Origin: Chiloscyllium plagiosum
Lineage: Eukaryota
Direction of reading: 5' to 3'
DNA: 64,000 nucleotides
NCBI RefSeq assembly: GCF_004010195.1
Contig: NC_057755.1
Location: forward strand, 9,029,306 to 9,093,305
This document shows, in pieces, positions 36,802 to 47,729 of the stretch. The translations under genes were made by a program, and so were the position numbers. The notes under the pieces are model-generated. The model had not been told where the DNA came from, searched no databases, and worked only from the letters and a program-made list of their open reading frames with translations. Every line of letters begins with the position of its first letter. The first letter of the stretch is position 1.

Positions 36802-39800
36802 TCTTCCATCGTAAAAAAAACCCACCAATATTCAAAGGTGGCTTCATTTCAAACTGCTTAATCCTCAATTGTTTGTACTCTGCTAAGTCCAAAGACATCA
36901 CATTTCAAATAATGGCGCAAACATGAACTACCACATTTATTTCCAATCTGTTTTACTTCTGACACCGAAAACCTCCATTTCACATTCAAGTCTCGAAATT
37001 GTGTCAATAGTCACGTTTTCTCGTCCTGCGACATGCATAATTTTCAAATTCAATACCTGTAACAACCAGCTCCATCTAATCAGTCTGACATTGTTGTCCT
37101 TATATTTCTCTTCAAGCTCCATTGGGTTGTGATCAGTGTGTATGATTGTCTCAGATGCGTTACTGATGATATAAACACTGAAATTAGATTAGATTAGATT
37201 AGATTACATTACATTACAGTGTGGAAACAGGCCCTTCAGCCCAACAAGTCCACACCGACCCGCTGAAGCACAACCCACCCATACCCCTACATTTACCCCT
37301 TACCTAACACTACGGGCAATTTACTCCATCTAATCAGTCTGACATTGTTGTCCTTAAATTTCTCTTCAAGCTCCATTGGGTTGTGATCAGTGTACATGAT
37401 TGTCTCAGATGCGTTACTGATGATATAAACACTGAAATGTTGTAACGCCCGCAACAAACTCAGAGTCTCCTTCTCAACTGTCGAATATTTCTGCTGATGA
37501 ATGTTCATTTTCCTGGAAAAATGCCCGATAAGTCTTTATATCTTTGCGTTGCATTCCTGCAAGAGCAAAACACCAAGACCCGCATCACTTGCATCGATGC
37601 GGTGAATGATTTTGCGTAATTAGGTGTGGCTAATACTGGGGCAGTGGTTAACACAGATTTCAGTCTATTAAATGCCTTCTAACAGTCTACTGTTCCACTG
37701 AAACTCATTGCCTTTCTTCAGCAATTCTGTCTGTGGAGCAGCCATACAGCTAAAATGCATTACAGATGTTCAATAAAATCCACTTAATCCCAGTAACCAT
37801 AGTACTGCTATTTTTTTTGTCTATTTTATGAGAAACTCCACAACTGCGTTTGTTTCAGTCATCCCGTGCTGTCATTTGTCCATGTACAATAAAGTGGCTC
37901 TGGAAGATCACGTGAGCTTTGGCAAATTCACTTTTAGCCAGAGTTATCGCCAAGCCATCCTTCCGAATTTGCTCAAAACCATCTGATGAATATTGCAAAT
38001 ATTTCTTCCATGTATGTCTAAAACTCACAAGGTCATCTCAGTATACGACACAGTTGAGTAATCCCGCATTGGTTAGTCTCTGAAATTTTTTATGACTTTA
38101 AAAGGCATGACTTTAAACTCATAACATTCGTTCGTCATTGCAAAAGCCGAACTTGACTAAGGTACCTACTGGTGCCTTCTGAGCAAGTCCAACTTAGAAC
38201 TATAATGTATTTGTCCCAAATTTTCAGTGCGGCGTTCCAATGGAAACGGATAGACATCAGTCTTTCTTAAGGATTTGACTTTGCTATAGTCCTCAAATAA
38301 TCGCTGGGGAACATATGATTTTGGCACAATTACTATGGGTGAGCACCAGTCACATCAATTACGTTATCTTGGAGCATGAATTCATTCTCTTTTTGAAACT
38401 GTGCCAAATGTAGAGGGTTATGACTATATGGAACAACATCACCTATATCTGCATCATGCATAATTAGGTTAATGCTTCCCAGCTTATTGCCACAAATCTC
38501 TCGATGTTATAGTTATAACTCTTTCAGAACATTCCGATTTCCTCTGGAAGCTAAGAGAATATTTCATCCCAATTTTTGACATCTTCCTCATTGTCTAAGT
38601 TTGTTTGAGGAATTTACAATTCAGAATCCTCTGAACTTGGCTCTTCACTCTGTTTTGTTAGCATAACACAATAATATTCTGCCTTCCTTCCCCATCAAAC
38701 TAACTTTTGAGCATATTCATATGACTCACTCCGTGAGAGATTTTTTTTCTGGAGTCCTTATCAAATAGCTCACCTCATTCAATTTCCCGTGGAATTTATA
38801 AGGATTACTCAGCCTTGTTTTTCAAGGTTCACCTATCACTGGAAGTAACACTAAAACCTGATATCTGAAAGCAAAATTGTGAGTTTTTGACTTCTTGTCT
38901 GCTTTCTCATTCATTGCACGTTGTGATACTTTTCAATGCCATCAAGCCATCTCTCCGTTCGACTTAATCGTTCCTGAAAATCTGATGCATGTTCCAAATA
39001 TTCGGTCTCTGAATTCTGACTTACAATTTCTCCGTTATCAATTTTAGCGTTTCTCTCACTTCATTCCAAAACCTAACTTAAATTTTATAACAGTGGATAA
39101 TGGTTATATTTCTTTGGATCAATCTCGTGAAACTCCTTTCCTACGTGCATTGTGGATTAGCAAGTGGAATACAGGGTTCACCATTCACTTGGGAATGGTA
39201 AATAAGGATGGGCATTGAAAGTGACACTAGCCAGTGATGCCCATGTGTAAAAAAAAGTCACTCACCTTTTTATTTCTGACTTCGTTAAAATAATACGTCA
39301 GCATCTGCAAGAAGAAGATATCAACATTTGCTCTCAGATGCATTATGCTGGGGTGCTGTGTTACCATCAACTAAATTATCAATATACCTGTGACTCCTCT
39401 CTTGTCTCGGTTGTGATCTCAATGGATCAATTATTGTGACATATATCTCTGACCGTAAAAAGCACGAATGGAATTCCCTTATCACAATCATCAGGATAGT
39501 GGTGACTATAAACTCTCAACATGATCTTCAATGTCTGTTTTCGGTATGGGTCCTACGCAATAAATTAAGACTCTTGTGAAAGGATTCTCAAATGTAGGAC
39601 TAGTTATTTACGGTATGGGTTTTATCTCTGTCTGTGACTTTACAATTAACTGACATATGTGACATGTATGACATGTCTGGCAAAATTCAACTACATCTTT
39701 GTGCAGTCCAATCCATTTCCTTTTCGTATTTTACCTTCAGTCTTTGTCATTCCTGAAGGGCACCTCATGTGGCATTTGCAACACCTTCTTCCTATACAAC

Positions 39801-40585
39801 TCTGGTATTAAGACTTGATGAATTTCTACTCATTTGTCATCTGAATGAATATGTTATGGTCTCCATTTACAAATTAAGACATAATGTTTAAGATAACGGC
39901 GTTCGGGAATACATCTGGATTCATTTTTCTGTGTATGACTTCTTTGAAAGAATTGCGGTAAATGTTTGTCTGCCTGCTGTAACTCGGTTCATTTATTCAG
40001 AGCGAAGGATGACTGCTCTATCATCTGTCTACCCCTGGTTTGTATCAACGATCCGACAAAACAGGATCCCTGCTAATTCTACTTCAACACTTTTACCTAT
40101 ACAATTTGATCTCTCCTGTTTTAACTGGTCACATTGTGACATCATCACTACTAAATCCGGAAAATAAAAATCCCAGGATATATGAAGTGCAACTGTTCAG
40201 TTGCCCGAGCTTCCACTGGCTTTTCAAACACAGTAGGCAGCAGTCCTATCTGTGAACCAGCAATATCATTACCAGGGATAAATTATATTCCTGGAGTTGA
40301 GAGTTTGTCCAGTCATCCGACCATGATTTCTCCATGTTTTACTGGACACTCAAACCTCATTTTACGTAATTGCGTGTTTCTTGTCTCACCATGAATTCTC
40401 ATTACCAGCACGTTTTCTGACAATAATCCTGAAGAAGTACAGATATACTTGTCTTTCAAAATCACGGATTGAGAGGATCCTGCGTTGTCGCCTCTTTGTC
40501 TGCTGCTCCTGGTCTATCCGACTAAAATTTAACTTGGTAGTTATATGGTTTAAGAAGATCTGGCACTTTCTTCTGAACTACTGCT
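36802..40585 (-). mobile_element. Gmr1-like internal region, copy 2 (protease-integrase-RT-RNase H)
   Basis: GLHKDVVEFCQTCHTC and PFTRVLIYCVGP (39540-39715); VLVLLPVIGEP (~38830-38860); WCSPIVIVPK (~38320-38350); KYSTVEKETL..DHNP..RWSWLLQ..HVAGRENV (36990-37500). Confidence 0.8.
37185..37323 (-). mobile_element. 5'-truncated HE1-type SINE flanked by a 115-bp direct duplication
   Basis: (TAATC)n tail and SINE 3' body; 37070-37184 repeated at 37324-37438 with 3 mismatches. Confidence 0.85.
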
Positions 40586-40831
40586 GAAAAACAAACCAAA
40601 CCAGAGTAAAGCTCAGCTGGGAGAACGGGACAGTCCCCTTTCATTGTACAACTTGTTTTTGCTCTCTCGCTCTCAAAAACGTGAAAGCCTTTTTCCTGAG
40701 GCAGAATCTATTAGTTATAATCAAACTTGCCCTAAACCCTTCGACTTAGACATCAGAATCTCTGCCTTTCACAACATCGCTGAAGAAAAACCAAGGTCAA
40801 CATAACCTGTTAAAGGAGCAGCATCGTTGCA
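40586..40831 (-). repeat. Partial LTR (right)
   Basis: Matches 32690-32930 and 36565-36801 (gctgggagaac...aaaggagcagcatcgt). Confidence 0.7.
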
Positions 40832-41195
40832 ACTTACATTTGAGCAGTTTCCTCAATTAAATTGCAACACAACGTCTTGCACTTACTTTTAAATTAACAA
40901 AGCCTGAGCGTCTGGACTTCCTTCTAAATTAATTATAAGGGAGTTTTGAGTGGTCCACGATATATGGGAGTGTTTACACATGAATGAGAATTCTTATCAC
41001 CCTCTAACAATGACTATGCCAATGAAATGTCGGATAACACAGACATCCCGTTATTGCTTAATGCAATCATTGCGAGGAACACTGACATTGTTTTTATCTC
41101 CCCGTTAATCATCTTTATGCAGATATGACAAATGAATCACAGTGTCATCCGGTGCATTTTTGAACTATGATTCCAATGCCAACAGGTATTCCTAA

Positions 41196-42090
41196 TTATC
41201 TTCCTTTCATTTGTACCAATTTACAAGGAATGCACAGGACGATTAGAAAAAAATCCAGAAGTTCTCCTCTGAGTCGACTCTGGTTCACTCTATAGATGCG
41301 AGTGTTTGAACAGGAAATCAAACACCTCAGCTTGGTTCCAGATTGACGGTGATATACGTTGCTTTTCGAAGGTGCCATCAGCAATAATTGGTATTAGAGA
41401 TTTTGATCATTACAAAGGTTACCACAGTTGTCATCCACAAGAGAACGAAATTTCCTGAGATAGCAAAGAGTAAAACATTCGATTCTTCATCTCGGTATCA
41501 CATTGATTGATGATGTGTGACTCCAAAGCACTCTGTGCGCTTTACTGCTCACTAGTTTATCCCTGGTTGTCAATGTATTATAGAAGTTGATTAAAACTAA
41601 AGTAAGCTAAACTAAATGGATGGCACAAAATGAGATGTACACTACTCCTGCAACTGATGAAAAGAATGCCACACCTAACTGACTATTCCATTTCATCTTG
41701 CTACTAATGTTAATGTCCATGTGCAAAGATACTGAGGACATCCTTGATACAGAGGAGGATACATATCACAGTTTTAACAATCGCTGAAATCTGCACAGTG
41801 CATTACATTGTCTGAAGTTTTGAAAAACATATGATGACAAAGCGATCAAAAGTGAAGGCGATTGTGAACCAGACTAATAAATTGTTCTGAGCATAAACAA
41901 CGTAATGATTAACCTTACAATTATGGGATTGAGACAGAAAAGACAATGAAAAGTTATACATAATAATCCGATGAACTACTACATTACTGATTATGACCAG
42001 TAGGCTTGCCATGGCAAGCACTTATATGGACATATATTTAGGGAGACAACAATTTCCTCGTACAAGAAAAATAATTGTCATCATATTCAT
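41196..42090 (-). pseudogene. GPR139-like pseudogene psi5, near-complete exon 2
   Basis: NMMTIIFLVRGNCCL..VWFTIAFTFDRFVIIC..LFAISGNFVLLWMT..ISCSNTRIY..RLRGEL; several stops and frameshifts; acceptor lost. Confidence 0.9.
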
Positions 42091-43479
42091 AAGGTAGAGG
42101 AGAGTAACGTTCGCTCCTTCTAAAAAAAATCAAATAAAAATCAAACATGAATTGTAGATCAAGTGTCCACGCAGATGTAAATACCATAACCTGTAAATTT
42201 CCAATTGTGTACCATGGTTGTCTACGCCCCAATTAACATATGTATGGATGAGATTGCATTCAAGTTTGAATCTCGACAGCGTGAATGAGTGTCATAGAAT
42301 TAGGGAACACCAAAACACAGAGAAAGGTCCTTCTGAAACATCGAAGTATTCACCGGTCAAAATAAATCAAAATCTATTTAACCCCATTTTCCAGCACTGG
42401 ATTTCACGTTTGACATCACAAATAATATCTGAATGCCTCTAACATGTGATGAGGATTTGTGACCATTACACTTTACAGATATCAATTTCCAGATCCTCAA
42501 ATACCTCGGAAATATGTCAAAGACTGGGCAGAACAATAGTTGGGTCCAAGTTTGCGAAGATCAAAGAGGAGAACGAGCAGCAATGATACAATTGGGGTCT
42601 ATGCATCTCAGGAATACAAAATACTTTCCCTAAATAAGTAGGTGCCGGCAAAGGATATGTAGAGCATAATCTTATAGGCTGAGTGGGAATACATGGGAAT
42701 CTTTATCAATATAAAATGGCATCATGCCCAGCAAATCAAGTGAAATATTTTCAACTCTTCCTCAGGTTTGTTCAACGTTCTGGTTTCTAACATATCCTGG
42801 AGCAGTGAATCCACTATTTCCTGGCTGTTGACGTCAGTAAATGTCCCCCAAATCTGTGTGAAATCTGCTCCCCCGCAAACTAATTGTGCGACCTCTTGGT
42901 CCAAATTGTTCCACTTGAAGAAATATCCTCTCTACATCTGCTTTGTCAACGACCTTGAACAGATTTCAAACCTCAAACATTTGGTGGCGTCATCACAATT
43001 ATCATCACCGTGACGAGAACAATGTGAATAGAAGGTTTTGAATTGGTCAGGGAAACATCTGGCAGTGCATCGATGAGATCTGGAAAGCATTTTAGCTTAC
43101 CCAGAAAAGGTTTGGAACTCTTGAGGCAATTCACACAAATTAACATAATTAAGTTTAAACAGAGTTCACTCGGGAAACCAATTGTTGCAAGAATTCGATA
43201 TTGAATCTACTTTCTCAGCAGAATCATTGGCGTTTTATTTTTCTGAGGACAGATACATTGCGTTAGATGTGAGACCCTTACGCAAGTGTTCGCCAGTGCC
43301 AACTTCTTTTGAACCTCATGTCATCCCTCAAAGGAATTAGCGAGATCTGTTAAGAATGAAAATTGGGCACAGGCTTGTCACGATAGGCTCATAAAAATAT
43401 TTTTAGTCAATCATATGGAGACACATTATTCAAATAAGTGCTGACTTGAATTGAAAGATATCTTGATAAATTGGATCAA

Positions 43480-44210
43480 TGCAATGAGGAATATCAGGTG
43501 GAGTTTAATTTGGATCAACATGAGGCAACGCATTTTGGAAAACAAAGAAAGATGAGACTTAAACAATTAATGTTAATGCCCTGGGTAGTGTTTTCGAGCT
43601 GACAGACCTGGGGGTTCAGGTCTATAATTCTTTGAAATATGTGTCACATGTAGAAAGGGTCGTTCAGAATGCGTTTCGCACTCTTGCCTGCAATAACTAG
43701 ACATGAAATATAGGAGTTTGGACGTCATTTTAAGGTTGTGCACAATGTTAATGAGTACGCATCCTTCGTCCGGGGGCAGTTCTGGTCGCCATATCATCAA
43801 GAAAAATATTATTAAATTAGAGATTGCTCAGAATAGATTTGTCAGGATGTTGTCCGGATTCGGGGTTTTGAGTTCCAAAAATAGGCTCACTTGTAATATG
43901 AAGTTGAGTGGTAACCCAATAGATGACTAAAATTCAAGAGGGACATAAAGAAGCAAGAGTGGAGGAGTTCAAGACTAGCGGATCTATTTTAACAGGAGAG
44001 GGGACAGTTTTAAAAACCATTTGAGAATCGGCGTTTTTGACAGAGAGTGATTTGTCTGTAAAATGAAGAGCCAGACAAAGTGATGAATGCTGGCAAAGTT
44101 AGAACTTGTGAAAGACATTTGAATAAGCACGTGAATTGGAATAGTTTAGACTGATATTGCACAAACGCAGGCAAGTGGGACAAGTTCTGTTTGGGAACAA
44201 GTTCGACGTT
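43480..44210 (+). mobile_element. Old CR1 3' fragment
   Basis: caggtggagtttaatttggatcaacatgagg..cattttgg and CR1 3' features. Confidence 0.6.
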
Positions 44211-44668
44211 GACTGAATCGTTTAAACAGAGTTTTCTCGGGAAACCAATTGTTGAATTGTGACTCATTGAATTGATCTGCTTTGTTCATAACCTCATCTT
44301 CTGCGCTGTATGTCACAACCGTGAAGTGCATTGGAGTGGCCAACAGAGGGCGCAAATAGCTCGAAGTGAAATCACTTACGTGAGTGGAAATGGGGAAATG
44401 CGTTCACTGGGATATGTCACTTCGCTCATTTGACTACGTAGCTCCTTATTAGTAAGATGTAATGGGGTTCAACGGCACTCATGATTCAAGATCCCATTCG
44501 TTTGCACTTGACTCTTGTTGGAGATGTGGTGGGGCTGAAGTTAAAGTAACACCAGTTCACTCTCTCTCTCTTTCTCTCTCTCCCTATCTATCAATCTCTC
44601 TCTACGCAATGAGTCATCAGCTCCTATGGCCCAAAGGGACGATCGTGAATTTAATTTTATTTCATTGA

Positions 44669-44998
44669 AGGTGACACAGTGGCTCAGTAGTTAGCACTGC
44701 TGCCTCACAGCATCAGGGACATGTATTCGATCCCAGCCTCGGACAACTAGAGGTGTGGAGTTTGTACATTCTCTCCGTGTCTGCATGCAATTCCTCCGGG
44801 TGCTTCAGTTTCCAGCCACTATACAAAAATGTGCAAGTCAGGTAAATTGGCCATGCTAAATTGCCCATGATGTTAGGTGTGTTAGTCAGCGGTGAATATA
44901 AGGTGGGTGAATGGGTCTGAATAGGTTACACGTCAGAGGGTCGCTGTAGACCTGTTGGGCCGAAGGGCCTGTTTCCATGCTGTAGGTAATCTAATCTA
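44669..44998 (+). mobile_element. HE1/V-SINE-type SINE
   Basis: gtggctcagtagttagcactgctgcctcacagc...gggccgaagggcctgtttcc...taatctaatcta. Confidence 0.85.
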
Positions 44999-45002
44999 AA
45001 AA

Positions 45003-45302
45003 GGGCGGAACTGTGGCTTAGTGTTTAACACTGCAGCCTTACAGCACCAATGACCCAGGTTCGATTCCAAACTTGGGTGCTTGTCTGTGTGGAGATTGCA
45101 TATTCTCCCTCTGTCTGCGTAGTATTGTTCCGGTTTCATCCCACACTCCAAAGATGTGAAGGTCAGGTGGATTCGCCGTGCTAAATTGCCCATAGTGTTA
45201 CGTACGTTAGTCAGAGGAAAATGGGTCTGGGAGGAATACTCTTTGGAGAGTGGTGTGTATTGGTTGGACCAAAGTGCCTTGTTCCGCACTGTATGTAATC
45301 TC
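45003..45302 (+). mobile_element. HE1/V-SINE-type SINE (tandem with the previous copy)
   Basis: gtggcttagtg...ggttcgattcc...gctaaattgcccatagtgtta. Confidence 0.8.
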
Positions 45303-46279
45303 AGCTAAACTCTGTTATCCTTGTTCAGCTTCTCATAAGAGTATGATTCAACAGTTCCTTCTTTACTGACCACTGAAGTAATTGCCGTGTAGACTGTCAC
45401 ATTGGGCAACGTTGAAAAGGAACAGTAAAAGTAGAACACATGAAACGTAGGACCCTGAGTCGCAGAGCATTTTCGGAGACTCTAGCAGACACTACCATTT
45501 GATAAGACCATCGCTGATCTGATGAGAGCAAATTTCAATTTTCCTGTTTCTCAATTGCCCACACCGACACACAGAATTGATTCCCAGACACTTCCATGGA
45601 ATCCCTTCTGAATCAATAATCCATTGATCTCACGCTTGAATATATTTGGTTCCACATCCATCACGACAATCTTAGAATTAGATTTACCCCGTCCTCACAA
45701 CTCACTGAGAGAAAAATACATTCATCATGTTCGTCTTCAGTGGCAGACTGCTGCAAAACAATTGAACGACAGAGATAAAGCACATTGTACCAGAAAGAAC
45801 CATGCTGACGGATACTTAGTTGTTTGCTGGATTGAGTGAACTATGATATGGGTCTGGAGCAGTAGACGTCCGTTTAATGTGTCATTGTGTGCAGACATGA
45901 TTGCAAAATGAACGACAGAATATGCAGAGCTGACTAAAGCTGTACAAAAGTAATGGAACTCTTGTCTTCAATATAATCTGCTGTGGGCAGTCTCAATAGT
46001 TTAATAATCGATTGCAACTCGTTATTGAAAGCTGCCTAAATATCAAGAGCGTCTTTGCCTTTATATTGCTGGTTTTCGAGGAGACACGAGATGAATTAAT
46101 CTCTTCATGCTCCACGACCACCTCTTTTTTTGGGAGGCAGCTCACCACCACTTTCTCAAGAACAACTAAGAATGGACAATGAATGCTGGTCAAACACGCT
46201 CGCCTAAGTTTTATGCCTGAACAAAAAAAAAATACTTTCCATAACCTTCGCAACATTCTCTTTTGATCCATCGAAAATC

Positions 46280-46740
46280 AGAGGTCCATGTTGTGGACCA
46301 TAGGCTTCCAAGTGCAGGAGAAACAGTAAGACTGGCGGACGAATATGAATTGGTCCATAAAGCAAACGCTTTTTTCAATCACCTTCATGCGTTCAACAGT
46401 GAGTTTAAATCAGAGTGCAAGCGAGATAATTGTCCATCGTAAAGAAAGGATAGCCCTAAATTTGCCTCTTAAATTTCGAAAGGAAAATACAAATGGTGGA
46501 AGTGAAAATTGAAAACGAACGTTTTTCATCTGTAACAAATTCATAAATTTTGTTCAGAATGTTGAAATGTGTGAGGGAAAGCAATGAGTTTAATGGAACT
46601 TTGCTCGAATGCATCTGAAGAGAGAGCTGAAAAGGAAGCGTGAACGTATCAGATGGTATTTTTTATCTACAACTGGGAAACGTGAAGAAAACACTGCTGT
46701 GAGTGCAGAAGAAATCCGTGACGGATTTTTGTTTTCTAAG
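46280..46740 (+). mobile_element. Gypsy gag fragment
   Basis: RLADEYELVHK remnant at ~46329-46361. Confidence 0.45.
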
Positions 46741-47380
46741 AGAGGGATAATATATCTTCAAAACAATTATGCAAGCATGGAATCATGCAACATAGAAGAT
46801 GACTCCTCGGTACAACAAACTATATCAGCAAAAATAAACTGCGAGCTGCACTTGTCCCAATTTCCTGCACTGGTCCAGTAGCTTAGCATGTTATAACACT
46901 TCACCTGATAATCCAATTTCTTCCTGAGGATTACGTGATTTCTCGCCTCAACTACCCTTCAAGGAAGTGCGTCTCAGACCACCACCTGCCTCAAGGTCAA
47001 AAATTGCTTCCTTATATCGCTTCAAAAACCCCTGCCTTTCATTTTCAAATTATGTACCCATGTAACGGACCCTTCTAGAAAGCGGAACAATTCTACCCAC
47101 ACTGTCCATGTTCTGCCCTATTCGTCACTGCTTAGACCTTGGGCTACCTGACCACAGGGAGGTCTAATGAATTTCTCAGTGAATGACTAATTTTCATGAG
47201 ACGGAGTTCAGAACATTTACAAGTGTCGGCGTTTGAAATAGGTGGAGGGTAAATCCCGCCTCGTTGTCAAGTTTCCAAAAGGAAATTTCAAATATTTGGA
47301 TCAGTGGTCATCAGGATTCTCAAGAAATTATCTTTGTCTGGAGTTGATTTACTCCACGGAATGAGGAAGCAACAGTCAAA

Positions 47381-47592
47381 GCCATGCCTCTAGGAACGGA
47401 GAACAGCCAGGGAATGCCTAGAGGCATGGCATTCATCCACAGATTTAATCAGTAAGCACATCGATCTGGACCCAATATACCAACCACTGCAATGGACAGC
47501 TGGAACCAACAACCGGAAGTGGCAGATTCAAACCACTACAAATGCCGGAGAAAAATCACAGAAGCGCTGCACAAGAGGCTCCCAAGCACTGA
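47381..47592 (+). mobile_element. Partial copy of the palindromic PLE-derived element, including its inversion junction
   Basis: gccatgcctctaggaacggagaacagccagggaatgcctagaggcatggc; RTARECLEAWHSSTD..KHIDLDPIY (GIY-YIG C-terminus). Confidence 0.85.
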
Positions 47593-47729
47593 AAATCCTC
47601 TGAACTTGGTTCCTTCCTCTATGTTGCAAATATTCGCCTTTGGGTTTCCTTCCCTGTCAAATACCTTTGGAGCATATTCACCTGACACAGCATTCTCACA
47701 GGCAGGTTTGACACTGAAACAGATGTGTG

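Noticed and set aside
44370..44420. Minus-strand donor-like GTAAGT upstream of psi5
   Set aside because: The preceding sequence does not translate to the YYP..GxP exon 1 pattern.
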